A stretch of 64,000 bases of DNA from Candidatus Binatia bacterium (GCA_047611725.1 JBLFWR010000004.1:10496-74495); one strand, 5' to 3'; counted from the first letter of the stretch, positions 48,584-58,076 are shown. The notes: generated from the sequence alone by a model not told the origin. Made by a program: numbers and translations.

Positions 48584-49413
48584 GTGGGCAATCTCCGATG
48601 CTCCAGGCTGGGCAGGTCGCGGCGAACTTTTGCGAGTAACGCGGCATCGAGGTCAGCCACAATCACAGCCGGTGTATCCTCGGGGGCCTCGGCGAGGATA
48701 CTGCCCCACGGGTCAACGATTAACGAGTGCCCGTACTCGGCCAAGCCGGTTGGTGAAGCCGAATCATGCGCGGCGCTGCCGAATTGGTTGGGTGCGAGAA
48801 AGTAACATTGATTCTCGATCGCGCGCGCCCGGATCAATGGATGCCAATGCGCGCGGCCGGTCGGGAGAGTAAATGCCGAGGGCATGACGACGACCTCGGC
48901 TCCGGCGTCGGCTAAGCGTCGGAACAGTTCCGGAAAGCGTAGGTCGTAGCACACGGCCAGGCCGATCCGCCCAAACGGTGTTTCGACGCAGATTGTTTCA
49001 GAGCCAGCGCGTCTGGTGTCCGACTCACGAACCGAAACTTGGCCGGGGATGTCGATGTCGAAAAGGTGGATCTTGCGGTAGCTCGCGACCAGGTCTCCGT
49101 CCGGAGCGAATAGGGTCGCGGTATTGTAGCAGCGGTCGTCACCGTCCAAGCGTTCCAAGAACGACCCGCCCACGATCCATACCCTAGCCTCAGCGGCGAC
49201 GGCGGATAGCGCCTGGACGGTCGGGCCCTGCAGGGTCTCGCCCTGCGCGACCTCTTGGTCTTTTGGGCCTCGCCAGGCCACCACTTCGGGAAGGGCAACC
49301 AGTTCGGCTCCCTGTTTGGCGGCCTGCAGGACCAGCTCGCGGGCGGTACGAAGATTGGCACTTCGATCGGCACCAGAACGCATCTGAATAACGGCTGCTC
49401 TTAGGTCCTTCAT
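48580..49413 (-). CDS. Carbon-nitrogen hydrolase family protein (nitrilase / omega-amidase-like)
   Basis: ORF 48580..49452; ATG at 49413 (MKDLRAAVIQMRSG). Catalytic-triad contexts LPE (Glu), YRKIHLFD (Lys) and GLAVCYDLRFPE (Cys). Confidence 0.8.
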   Translation of the reverse strand: MKDLRAAVIQMRSGADRSANLRTARELVLQAAKQGAELVALPEVVAWRGPKDQEVAQGETLQGPTVQALSAVAAEARVWIVGGSFLERLDGDDRCYNTATLFAPDGDLVASYRKIHLFDIDIPGQVSVRESDTRRAGSETICVETPFGRIGLAVCYDLRFPELFRRLADAGAEVVVMPSAFTLPTGRAHWHPLIRARAIENQCYFLAPNQFGSAAHDSASPTGLAEYGHSLIVDPWGSILAEAPEDTPAVIVADLDAALLAKVRRDLPSLEHRRLPT

Positions 49414-49653
49414 AGCCGGCCGGAAGCTATGCGCGCCCCCTGGGGGCGTCAACCGGGGTGCTATCTGCTCTCCCGTGGCCCTTAGGAAGTGGCTGGATTA
49501 GCGGCCGAAAGAGAGAAGACAGGCCCCTGAAGCCCGTGATATTAGCTACTTACACGCGCGTTAAGGAGACCGCTGAGGGGAAAACGTGACTGCGGCGCAA
49601 CTTGCAGCTGAGCTAGAGCGGTGATAACTCACTGCGTTATCGAGGTGAATGAC

Positions 49654-50358
49654 ATGTCCACTCAACGAATTATTAAGCGCTACACGAACCGCAAACTCTA
49701 CGACACTGACCAGTCGCGGTACGTAACTCTAGAAGATATCGCCAAGCTTGTTCGCGCTGGCGAGGACGTTCGCGTCATCGACAACGAGGCTGGCGAAGAT
49801 CTAACAGCGATCACGTTTGCGCAGATCATCCTTGAAGAAGAGAAGCGCAAGACGAACCTCGTGTCGGTTCCCTTCCTTCGAAAGTTGATCCGCTCAGGAG
49901 AGTCCGCTGTACAGGACATCGGCGATGCTGCGACGCGTAGCATCGAGCGTCTTGGCGAGTTGACCGAAAAGGCTGGCGAACGGGTTCTCGATGCAGCGCG
50001 CGGCGGATCGCGCGCGATCGACGGTCTGGTCAACCTTCCACAACGACAACTCGAAGAGCTTCGCGACGCAACGCGTGGTGCGTTGGACCGCTTGCGCGAA
50101 TCCTCCACCGTCCAACGCGAAGTCGATCGTATCGAGAAGAGCCTCAAGGCGATCGAAGAGCTACTTGCGAATCTTAAGGTCGAGGAACGCGAATCGGCCA
50201 CTGCTTCCGAGGGAGATGCCTCGACGCCAGAGGCGACAGCCGCCACGCCAGATCCGGCCCAAGCCCAGCCGGAAGCCGGGAGCCAAGGGGTCGAAGAAGG
50301 GGGTGACGCGAACGCGGACCCCGACTCCGACGATTCCAGCGCTGAGCGAAGCGCTTAA
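49654..50358 (+). CDS. phaR: Polyhydroxyalkanoate synthesis repressor PhaR
   Basis: ORF 49621..50358; ATG at 49654 after GAGGTG. RIIKRYTNRKLYDTDQSRYVTLEDIAKLVRAGEDVRVID...DLTAITFAQIILEEE is the PhaR N-terminal DNA-binding signature. The C-terminal tail is acidic and low-complexity. Confidence 0.8.
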   Translation: MSTQRIIKRYTNRKLYDTDQSRYVTLEDIAKLVRAGEDVRVIDNEAGEDLTAITFAQIILEEEKRKTNLVSVPFLRKLIRSGESAVQDIGDAATRSIERLGELTEKAGERVLDAARGGSRAIDGLVNLPQRQLEELRDATRGALDRLRESSTVQREVDRIEKSLKAIEELLANLKVEERESATASEGDASTPEATAATPDPAQAQPEAGSQGVEEGGDANADPDSDDSSAERSA

Positions 50359-50430
50359 GCGAGCTTCGCAAATCGCGGGTCCGCACTGGCGGTAACCCGA
50401 GGCTATGAACAGTCGAAGCTAAGTATGTAA

Positions 50431-50465
50431 GAAGCCCGGGAGGTTGCGCCTCCCGGGCTTCTTTA
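50431..50465 (+). terminator. Rho-independent terminator after phaR
   Basis: 13-bp perfect stem gaagcccgggagg / cctcccgggcttc with a 5-nt loop, followed by tttacatt. Confidence 0.8.
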
Positions 50466-50500
50466 CATTCGGGGCCCGGCCAGTTACTCCAGTCCCACCC

Positions 50501-50869
50501 ATGGCCAAGGTATTACGTGTGCGAAGACAGACCCGGAAACCTCCTGAGCGGAACGAAACGCTGGAGCGTCTCAAAGAAATTGCGGCTGGCATAGGCCTCG
50601 ATGTTCGCGAAGAGAGGCTCCATCGCGAGGTTGGTTACAGCGTGCGCAGCGGGATCTGCACCAAGGATGGCGAGGAACTCGTACTCCTGGATCGCAACGC
50701 TGCCCCGGCCGAACGAATCGAGGTTCTTTGCCAAGTGTTGGCCGATCACGATTTAGATGGCATTTGGATCGAGCCCGAGTTGCGTAGTCGCATCGGCACT
50801 GACGTCTCCGCTGACCTGTCGGCTGACCTGTCGGCGGCCGACGAAACTCCACCTTCCTCGGGTGACTGA
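50501..50869 (+). CDS. Hypothetical small protein translationally coupled to fur
   Basis: ORF 50444..50869. I moved the start to the ATG at 50501 because the upstream codons lie in the phaR terminator. Codon usage looks gene-like. The stop overlaps the fur ATG (TGATG). It contains the in-frame 12-mer duplication SADLSADLSA. No Shine-Dalgarno sequence was seen. Confidence 0.45.
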   Translation: MAKVLRVRRQTRKPPERNETLERLKEIAAGIGLDVREERLHREVGYSVRSGICTKDGEELVLLDRNAAPAERIEVLCQVLADHDLDGIWIEPELRSRIGTDVSADLSADLSAADETPPSSGD

Positions 50870-51345
50870 TGACCGATCTTTCCCACGACAAATCGGACAA
50901 GCCGGACAACCCGGACAAGCTCGAGCGCTTCCGCCGCTTCATCCATGACCGAGGTCTCAAATCGACCCGGCAACGTGATGAAATTGCGTCCTGGTTCTTT
51001 GCTATCCGAGATCACCTGAGCGCGGATCAGATCTACCGAGAGATTCAGAAAGTTTCTCCAGGGATCGGCTTCTCTACGGTGTATCGCACGATGAAACTTC
51101 TGTGCGAGGCTGGCCTAGTTTCGGAGCGGCACTTCGGGAACGCTGAAGCGCTTTACGAAAATGTCTCTACGCATCACGACCACTGCATCTGTACAGCCTG
51201 TGGACGCATCATCGAGTTCGAGAACGACGAGATCGAGCAGTTGCAACAAGGGGTCGCAGCCCGTTTCGGTTTCGAACTGTCGAACCACAAAATGGAACTA
51301 TACGGTCGATGTGCCGAATGCTGTCGGGCCTCGAATCAAACCTGA
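50869..51345 (+). CDS. fur: Ferric uptake regulator family protein
   Basis: 158 aa: STRQRDEIASWFF, FSTVYRTMKLLCEAGLV and HHDHCICTACGRIIEF...LYGRCAECC. These match the Fur HHDH and CxxC zinc sites. The N-terminal extension is DKSDKPDNPDK. Confidence 0.85.
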   Translation: MTDLSHDKSDKPDNPDKLERFRRFIHDRGLKSTRQRDEIASWFFAIRDHLSADQIYREIQKVSPGIGFSTVYRTMKLLCEAGLVSERHFGNAEALYENVSTHHDHCICTACGRIIEFENDEIEQLQQGVAARFGFELSNHKMELYGRCAECCRASNQT

Positions 51346-51357
51346 CCTCTTCGTCAC

Positions 51358-51375
51358 GATCCCGATCCCGATCCC
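51358..51375. repeat. Tandem hexamer (gatccc) x3
   Basis: Directly downstream of the fur stop. Confidence 0.9.
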
Positions 51376-51429
51376 GTTTACATGGCAGGCCGGTCTCCGG
51401 CCGAGTTCTATTTGGTACTTCGTGAAGGT

Positions 51430-51465
51430 CATCGTGACGACCATCGTGACGACCATCGTGACGGT
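51430..51465. repeat. Tandem 12-mer (catcgtgacgac) x3
   Basis: Two perfect copies and one near-perfect copy in the 453-bp gap after fur. Confidence 0.9.
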
Positions 51466-51798
51466 CTTCTTGACGGTGGAATGCCGCCTTGGGGCGATGC
51501 GCTTGGAGAAACGGCGTTGTGGGATCAGATCGCTCTTGCGTGGACGCGTCGCATGCCGAGTCCCCCTCCTGAAATGGCAAGGTGTCGAGGTTGTCACACG
51601 CCCGACCCAGATCTCATGTCGGCTTCCGATCTAGTTTCGCCCGCGTCTCTGATCTTCCGGTCAGATGACGAATTAGCGGCGGCGGTTTCCGCGCTCACCA
51701 CCCTCACCACCCACCCAGGGCATGACGACCTTGCTCGTACAGCCTTGCTGGCTCGCTGGTTGGCCTACGAAACCCCGCGCAGCGATTAGGCGCAGCGT

Positions 51799-53517
51799 CT
51801 AGTCGGCACGCGACTCCAAAGTTGGTTGCGGAATCACAGCAGTGCCTTCTGAATCCAAGGCCTCGATGAGGTCGATGGCGAAGTCGTCGTCGCCAACCGT
51901 ATCGCGGGGAGTGAATCCGCAACGAACGATGTCGGTGCTGCCGGCTGGCGCCTGATCAAGAATCACAGCGAGCCCGACACCGTCGATCAACGGTTCCGCA
52001 CTAAGCTCGCCTTCAACGAGAAGGGAACACTCGGGAGCGCCGGGTAGGCCCCCGAATCTTCCGGCGTTTCCCGAATCAAACCACTGCAGTTCCAGACTCT
52101 GCAATGGCTGGTCGGTTTCGACACTCAAAATCACTGCGCCCACGGCTGGGCATGTGGTGCCCGTACGCATGAATACGGCTAGGCGAAGGGTGGCCAGAGC
52201 GTCGCTCGCAGTGATGGCGCCGTTGCCGTTTACGTCGCAGACAAAAGCCGGACACCGAATGTCTTGACCGACGGCGGATCTGAGCACCAGCAGTGCATCA
52301 GTCGCGAGGATACGACCGGAGTCGTCCGCGTCACCGCAAAGTCGCGACACCGAACAACCCGAAGAGCACCCGTCTCCGTCGTCGGTATTCCCATCGTCAC
52401 ATTCCTCAACGCTTAGTCGCTCGATTCCGTCGCCACACGCGGCAGCGATGCATCCATCCAGGCACGCGTCGCTATTGTCGGCGTTGGCGTCGTCACAGTC
52501 CTCATCGGCTTGGACGACTCCGTCACCGCAGAAGGGTATTGTGGTGGTCGTTACCGATGAACTGCAGTCTAGTTTCGTGATCGCGACGCCAGGTGGCGGA
52601 TCGAGTTCTTCACCGGCCTCGTTGCTGGCCACTTCCACAGCGATCGGAAAGTCGGCTCCGCTGGGTACGCTGCTGCCTGCCCAAGCGCAGCGCACCAGTG
52701 GGCTCGGCGAGTGGAAGGGGTCTAGAGCTATGTGGGCCGCTTCAAGGCGCGCCGCAACGTCGCGGTCGTTGATCGAAGTCAGGGTTCCCGCAAGGAGGAT
52801 CTCGCATTGAACGGCGGAACCGACGCCTAAGAAGTCACCCAGAGCCGGGTCATAATCCAAGTGCCACTGAAGCGCCGTCAATGGTTCCGTGCCGAGCACC
52901 GAAACTTCAACTTGGCAATGAACGGGAGCAATCGTTGAGGTGGTCACCGAAGAGGTAGTCACCGAAGAGGTAGTCGTTGATGTCGTAGAGCTGGTGCTGC
53001 TGTTGGGATCACAGCCTCGTGGAACGGGGACCACCGTGGGCAAGGGCTCAAGGGGTTCGCCATCCGTGGTCGCCGCGTCGTTTACGGTTACGGCAAAGTC
53101 ACTGGCCACAACAACTGCCGTTTGGTCAAAGTTGCATGTGGCGATCACATTCGGTCCTTGAAAACCGAACAGAGAGATCAAACTGGTCGTCAGTTTTCGC
53201 GATGACCGATTGTCCTGGAACGAGCCGAGTACACCGCCAATCTGCTCACTGCAGTCGGGCGTGACCATGCCCGGGGTCACTGCGAACGAACCCGGCGCGT
53301 CTTGATAGTCTACTTCGAAACCCAGGGATCCGAGTTCGAACGGTTGAACGAGCTGCATCTCGACCACACAGCGCGCTTCGGTTTGCCACGCGGATCCAAG
53401 CACGAGGCCAACAGCTATTGCAAAAGGCATTGCCAAGAGCGCTGCCCACCCACGGGCCTTCCGGAACTTTGGGAACTTTGGGAACTTTGCGAATCTTCGA
53501 ACTTTCACGAGTTCCAC
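51799..53517 (-). CDS. Secreted multi-modular protein: three two-Cys modules, two Myxococcus-type Cys repeats and a dockerin-like repeat pair
   Basis: 572 aa with N-terminal KFPKFPKF and a hydrophobic signal segment. Modules lie at about 53023-53370, 52570-52923 and 51802-52146. The linker is SSTSSTTSTTTSSVTTSSVTTST. FCGDGVVQADEDCDDANADNSDAC...CGDGIERLSVEECDDGNTDDGDGCSSGC. Dockerin-like CGDADDSGRILATDALLVLRSAVG ... CDVNGNGAITASDALATLRLAVF. Confidence 0.85.
   Translation of the reverse strand: MELVKVRRFAKFPKFPKFRKARGWAALLAMPFAIAVGLVLGSAWQTEARCVVEMQLVQPFELGSLGFEVDYQDAPGSFAVTPGMVTPDCSEQIGGVLGSFQDNRSSRKLTTSLISLFGFQGPNVIATCNFDQTAVVVASDFAVTVNDAATTDGEPLEPLPTVVPVPRGCDPNSSTSSTTSTTTSSVTTSSVTTSTIAPVHCQVEVSVLGTEPLTALQWHLDYDPALGDFLGVGSAVQCEILLAGTLTSINDRDVAARLEAAHIALDPFHSPSPLVRCAWAGSSVPSGADFPIAVEVASNEAGEELDPPPGVAITKLDCSSSVTTTTIPFCGDGVVQADEDCDDANADNSDACLDGCIAAACGDGIERLSVEECDDGNTDDGDGCSSGCSVSRLCGDADDSGRILATDALLVLRSAVGQDIRCPAFVCDVNGNGAITASDALATLRLAVFMRTGTTCPAVGAVILSVETDQPLQSLELQWFDSGNAGRFGGLPGAPECSLLVEGELSAEPLIDGVGLAVILDQAPAGSTDIVRCGFTPRDTVGDDDFAIDLIEALDSEGTAVIPQPTLESRAD
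52171..52338 (-). other. Dockerin-like EF-hand repeat pair (domain of the 572-aa protein)
   Basis: DADDSGRILATDALLVLRSAVG and DVNGNGAITASDALATLRLAVF, separated by about 8 aa. Confidence 0.65.
52342..52533 (-). other. Two Myxococcus-type cysteine-rich repeats (CGDG...EECDDGN...DGC, DUF4215/TIGR02232-like)
   Basis: CGDGVVQADEDCDDANADNSDACLDGC and CGDGIERLSVEECDDGNTDDGDGCSSGC match the remembered consensus closely. Confidence 0.75.
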
Positions 53518-53569
53518 TTTGGCAGAACCAGCGAGTTAGCGCACCGTAGTTTGCGCGCTGCGGGGCCGA

Positions 53570-54355
53570 TTAGGAGAAAAACAGGGCTTCGGCGTTGGCG
53601 GTTGTGGCCTCTTCGACCCGGGCCAAGCTGACACCGTGGAGTTCGGCGAGCGCGGCGGCAACTTTGACCACGTAAGCTGGCTCATTGCGCTTGCCTCGAT
53701 AGGGCATGGGCGCGAGATAGGGCGAGTCGGTCTCTACCATCATGCGGTCGAGCGGCAGGCGGCGCGCGGTGTCGCGAAGCTCGTCGGCATTCTTGAACGT
53801 GATCATCCCGGTAAAGGAGATGAGCAGGCCGTGGTCGAGGTAGCGTCGCGCATCGTCGTAGCCGCCTGTGAAGCAATGGACCACGCCACGAATGCCGTCT
53901 GGGGTTTCGCTGGCGAGCACCTCGTGAAGGTCAGCTTCGGATTCGCGACAGTGCAGGACAACCGGTTTGTCGAAGCGTTTGGCCAAACCGAGATGCCGGG
54001 CCAGCGCGTTTCGCTGCGCCGGGCGTGGGCTGTGCTCGTAGAAGTAGTCCAGGCCCGTTTCTCCAACGGCAGCGATCGCGTTGGACTCAAGCAGAGCCAC
54101 GATGCGCGATTCAATAGCGTCGTCGTAGGAGTCTGCGTCGTGGGGATGGATTCCGGCGGTTGCAGCGATGAAGTCGTGTTGCGCAGCCAGGCGCGCTGAT
54201 TCCTCACTGTCTTCGATTGGACCCCCACCGCCCACGGCCACGATTCGGTGCACACCGGCATCACGCGCACGTTGGATCACTGCGTCGCGATCATCGGCGA
54301 AGCGCTTGTCCAAGATGTGACAGTGCGAATCGACAAGACCGGGCCCCGAACTCAC
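53570..54355 (-). CDS. tatD: TatD-family metal-dependent hydrolase
   Basis: 261 aa: LVDSHCHI, GETGLDY, PVVLHCRE, VVHCFTG and VETDSPYL. Confidence 0.85.
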   Translation of the reverse strand: MSSGPGLVDSHCHILDKRFADDRDAVIQRARDAGVHRIVAVGGGGPIEDSEESARLAAQHDFIAATAGIHPHDADSYDDAIESRIVALLESNAIAAVGETGLDYFYEHSPRPAQRNALARHLGLAKRFDKPVVLHCRESEADLHEVLASETPDGIRGVVHCFTGGYDDARRYLDHGLLISFTGMITFKNADELRDTARRLPLDRMMVETDSPYLAPMPYRGKRNEPAYVVKVAAALAELHGVSLARVEEATTANAEALFFS

Positions 54356-55887
54356 GATGGAACCTCGATGCGCGGAAACAATGGTTCAGGTGCTGACAGC
54401 TGATGGTTGTTTGCGTAGAACGCTCCCCACTGTGGAGCCGGGTCGGCCAGCCGCTCGGGAGCGGTGTTGAGCAGCTCCGAGATTTTCGCCGAAGTTTCCG
54501 GCATGAATGGCGCGATCAGGCGAGCGGTATGGCGAAGCGCGTCGCAAAGCACGTGCAGGATCATCCCTACGCGCGGTCGCTCGGCTTCGTCCTTCCACAG
54601 CTTGAAGGGCGCGGTATCGACAATGTACTTGTCGCAACTCGCGAGTGCCTTCCAGATTTCCTCCAGAGCCATGTGGAACGCGGAGTTTTCCAGATGGGCG
54701 ATCGCCTTTTCTTCGGCCACCAAGAAGGCTTGCTCGATGGCGCGCTCGGGTTCCCCTAGTCCGACAGGCTCCTGAACGCAGCCTTCAAAGTACTTTTTCT
54801 GCATGGCCAGAACACGGCTCACCAAGTTGCCGAGTCCGTTGCAAAGGTCGCCGTTGAATCGTTGGATAAACGCATCTTCGGTGAACGCCGCGTCCGAGCC
54901 GAAAGCCATTTCGCGCAGTAGAAAATAGCGGAAGCCGTCGAGTCCGTATCGCTCTTTCATCTCAAGCGGCCGAATGACGTTGCCGAGCGACTTCGACATC
55001 TTCGACTCGCCCATATTCCAGTAGCCGTGTACATGCAGGCCATTGTACACGGGCAAGTCGGCCGCCATGAGGATGGTCGGCCAGAAAACGGCGTGCGGTT
55101 TCACGATGTCTTTTGCGATGAAGTGGTGAGAATTGGCCCAAAACGACTCCGCGTCGTTCGGGTGCGCTTGGTGCAGAGCGCTGACGTAATTGAGTAGGGC
55201 GTCGAACCAGACATAGCAGACGTAGTTGCTGTCGAAGGGAAGATCGATGCCCCATTCCAAGCGACTCTTCGGACGCGAGATGCACAGATCTTCGAGTGGT
55301 TCGCGCAGCAGGCCCAGAACTTCGTTGCGGTAACCGGGCGGTGCTACGAAGTCAGGGTTCTTTTCCAGATGATCCAGCAGGCGATCCTGGTAGCGGCTCA
55401 TCCGAAAGAAATAATTCTCTTCGGCGATCCACTCGGGCGGGGTTTCGTGGTCGGGACAGTTCCCGTTGACAAGCTCGCGTTCCTGGAAAAATCGCTCACA
55501 CCCTTTGCAGTACAGCCCACCATACTCACCGAAGTAGATGTCGCCCTTCTCATGGACGCGGGCGAGTACTTCGGAGACGAACTTGCGATGGTGTTCGTCG
55601 GTGGTGCGAATGAAGTGATCGTAGGAAATACCACACTCGTCCCAGGTCGAGCGGAACAAGCCGGAAACGTGGTCTGCGTAGGTTTTTGGGTCAACGTTGT
55701 CGGCTGCGGCAGCCTCGGCAATTTTGTCGCCGTGCTCGTCGGTGCCGGTCAGAAAAAACACATCGCGGCCCATCGAGCGATGAAAGCGAGCCAGAGTGTC
55801 TACAACCACCGTCGTATAGGTGTGGCCGAGGTGGGGCTCGGCGTTTACGTAATACAGAGGGGTCGTGAGCTGGATCTTCTCGGCCAT
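54352..55887 (-). CDS. metG: Methionyl-tRNA synthetase (short form)
   Basis: 511 aa: PLYYVNAEPHLGHTY (HIGH), FLTGTDEHG, a CxxC...CP zinc knuckle and KMSKSLGN (KMSKS). Confidence 0.95.
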   Translation of the reverse strand: MAEKIQLTTPLYYVNAEPHLGHTYTTVVVDTLARFHRSMGRDVFFLTGTDEHGDKIAEAAAADNVDPKTYADHVSGLFRSTWDECGISYDHFIRTTDEHHRKFVSEVLARVHEKGDIYFGEYGGLYCKGCERFFQERELVNGNCPDHETPPEWIAEENYFFRMSRYQDRLLDHLEKNPDFVAPPGYRNEVLGLLREPLEDLCISRPKSRLEWGIDLPFDSNYVCYVWFDALLNYVSALHQAHPNDAESFWANSHHFIAKDIVKPHAVFWPTILMAADLPVYNGLHVHGYWNMGESKMSKSLGNVIRPLEMKERYGLDGFRYFLLREMAFGSDAAFTEDAFIQRFNGDLCNGLGNLVSRVLAMQKKYFEGCVQEPVGLGEPERAIEQAFLVAEEKAIAHLENSAFHMALEEIWKALASCDKYIVDTAPFKLWKDEAERPRVGMILHVLCDALRHTARLIAPFMPETSAKISELLNTAPERLADPAPQWGAFYANNHQLSAPEPLFPRIEVPS

Positions 55888-55991
55888 GATTGCGCTAGCG
55901 TTGGTTCCGCGCGCGTCGGCCGCGCTTGTTCGGCTGCCACCCGTGCGATCGGCCAGCCGTGTTTAACAGTGAAAGAAGAGTGAAAGTCGGG

Positions 55992-56999
55992 TCAACCTCG
56001 CACATGAAGGAGCAGGTCGCGAATGGCTATCTTAGCATTCGCGTTGCGCTCCAAGGCCGATGCAGTGCGCAGCATGCGTTCCCCGGTTTGGGCCAACTCA
56101 AACGGCTCCGACTGGTGGGCGGCTTCAAGCGCGTCGCGTACTTGGGGCGCAAGCGTCGGGTCATCCGGGCTATCTACCCCCAGTCGGACACGTAGCTTTC
56201 GCAGCTGCCAGGCCAGCAGTTCCTCGAGAGCGTATCCGCTGGTTTTGCGAGCGATCATCGCGTCCAGCAGGCCGTCCATGTCGCCGTCGTCGGTGCCAAC
56301 TTGTTCAAGCGCTGCGTGCAGCGCGTCCAAGTTGTCGAGCCCTTCAGGGTCCAGGGCCAACGCTCGGCCAGCACTGCCCCGTCCGGCCGCAGCCATCCGC
56401 GCGGCGTCGGCGCCTTCGAAACCGTGTTTGTTGAGGACCGTCAGTAGATCGGCCTCGGGTAACGCTCCGAACCGAATTACCTGGCACCGGGATCGAATTG
56501 TCGGCAGCAGCCCGGCGGGGTTGTCGGCTACAAGGATGAGAACGGCGAAGCCCGGCGGCTCTTCAAGCAATTTGAGCAGCGAGTTCTGGGCAGCGGGCAA
56601 AATACTATCAGCCTCGCGAACGATCGCTATATTGGGCCCGTCGCATGTCGGCCGTCTGGCCATGGTGCTGAGTAGCGAGCGAGTCTGATCGATTTTAATC
56701 TTTGCCCCTTCAGATTCGGGGTTGAGAATATGAACGTCACGATGAGTCCCAGCGCTAATTTGGCTGCAGGTCGGGCAACCAGAGCCGCGCGAGCATTGCC
56801 CGGCTAGTTGGCACTTTAGTAGGCTCGCCCACCACAGCGCCGTCGCGAACTTGCCGATGCCCGTCGGGCCCGCAAAGACGTAGGCGTGATGCAGGCCTCG
56901 CCGATCTTCACCGCGCGCCAGATCGGCGAGGCGATCAAGCCGCTCCAGCAAAGGTTCGTGCCCCAGTGGCCGCTCGAATATCTCGGAGTCGCCGCTCAT
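55992..56999 (-). CDS. holB: DNA polymerase III delta-prime subunit
   Basis: 335 aa: HAYVFAGPTGIGK, a Cys cluster (CSRGSGCPTCSQI), LLKLLEEPP and TIRSRCQ. Confidence 0.85.
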   Translation of the reverse strand: MSGDSEIFERPLGHEPLLERLDRLADLARGEDRRGLHHAYVFAGPTGIGKFATALWWASLLKCQLAGQCSRGSGCPTCSQISAGTHRDVHILNPESEGAKIKIDQTRSLLSTMARRPTCDGPNIAIVREADSILPAAQNSLLKLLEEPPGFAVLILVADNPAGLLPTIRSRCQVIRFGALPEADLLTVLNKHGFEGADAARMAAAGRGSAGRALALDPEGLDNLDALHAALEQVGTDDGDMDGLLDAMIARKTSGYALEELLAWQLRKLRVRLGVDSPDDPTLAPQVRDALEAAHQSEPFELAQTGERMLRTASALERNANAKIAIRDLLLHVRG

Positions 57000-57616
57000 G
57001 ACAGGTGACTGTGGACGGCCGCAATAACGTCAACGGTGACGGCGTCTAACTCGCGATTGCCGTCAATACGCACGAAGCGACCTGGTTCGGCGGCTGCAAG
57101 AGCAGTGAACCCGGTGTGAATGGCGCTGTGAAAGGCGAGCGGCTCAGCTTCGAAACGGTCGCCGGGGCCACCGTCACCACCGCGCGCCCGATGCAGGCCG
57201 ACTTCGATGTCTACGTCGATCCAAATCGTGAGATCCGGGTCCAGATCGCGCGATGCCCAAGCACTGAGTTCGCGCAGCATCGGGAGCTTGTGCCCGCGGC
57301 CATAGCCTTGGTAGGCCATCGTTGAATCAGCGTAGCGATCGCAGACCACGATGGCGCCCCGTTCCAACGCCGGCCGAATTACGGTGGCGACGTGTTGGGC
57401 ACGATCGGCCAGGAACAGCAGAAGCTCCGCGCGCGAATCGAGGATTGATTCAGGATCTGCGAGCAGACGACGAATCGCCAGGGTGACGTCGGTACCGCCG
57501 GGCTCGTGGGTCAGTACCACTTCGCGCCCTGCTGCGCGCAGATTCTCGGCCAGCAGTGCGGCCTGGGTGCTCTTACCGGATCCCTCGGTGCCTTCGAAAG
57601 TTATAAATGTTGCCAC
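56996..57616 (-). CDS. tmk: Thymidylate kinase
   Basis: 206 aa: FITFEGTEGSGKSTQ (P-loop), THEPGGT and DRYADSTMAYQG. Confidence 0.92.
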   Translation of the reverse strand: MATFITFEGTEGSGKSTQAALLAENLRAAGREVVLTHEPGGTDVTLAIRRLLADPESILDSRAELLLFLADRAQHVATVIRPALERGAIVVCDRYADSTMAYQGYGRGHKLPMLRELSAWASRDLDPDLTIWIDVDIEVGLHRARGGDGGPGDRFEAEPLAFHSAIHTGFTALAAAEPGRFVRIDGNRELDAVTVDVIAAVHSHLS

Positions 57617-57671
57617 GGCGCGCGCAGAGTGTCGCCACTCATCGACAAGCGCAACCGACTTGCAGGGCTTG

Positions 57672-58076
57672 TTACGGAGGCGGTGTGCAGGCGCTCAAAT
57701 CCTCGGCCTGCCGTACGAAGGTCCGGCTCGCCGCGCCGCAGCGAGCATGAGCGGTGACGAGGCAAACCCCATCTCGAATCTGTGCGCTGACATCGAGTCG
57801 GGTGGCACCTGGAATCCAGTCTGCCACGGAAGAGCCGAGTCCTGGAGCGGGCAGGATTACGCCCGAGAGTGCCGCGAAACGAGCGCAAGCAACTTCGACG
57901 CGAGCTCGTGATTCTTGCGCCAGAGCGATCACGCTTCGGCTGGCCGCCATGCTTGTCATAGCTAGCGCGGCGACCACGAGGACTGCCGCGACAAGAGCCG
58001 CGCCCTGATTTGCCGGCTGCCCGGTGCGAGGAAATCGCGGATTACATCCCTGTCGCGCCGTTACTGCTGGGCTCAT
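57672..58076 (-). CDS. Small pseudopilin-associated protein (GspK-like N-terminus only)
   Basis: 134 aa. The N-terminal GAALVAAVLVVAALAMTS resembles the GspK/PilX-type hydrophobic segment. 4-nt overlap with the upstream gene. Far shorter than GspK. Confidence 0.4.
   Translation of the reverse strand: MSPAVTARQGCNPRFPRTGQPANQGAALVAAVLVVAALAMTSMAASRSVIALAQESRARVEVACARFAALSGVILPAPGLGSSVADWIPGATRLDVSAQIRDGVCLVTAHARCGAASRTFVRQAEDLSACTPPP

Noticed and set aside
51358-51465. Possible CRISPR array, considered for the tandem repeats here and at 58937-58969 and 31711-31741.
   Set aside because: The units are 6-15 nt and directly abutting with no spacers. No cas genes are in the window. These are simple tandem repeats.
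51382-51789. 135-aa ORF after fur containing HRDDHRDDHRDG.
   Set aside because: No ribosome-binding site. Third-position GC is about 57 percent by my count, with no coding enrichment. The His/Asp tract is just the translation of a DNA tandem repeat. I kept it as a caveat in a finding and did not call it as a CDS.
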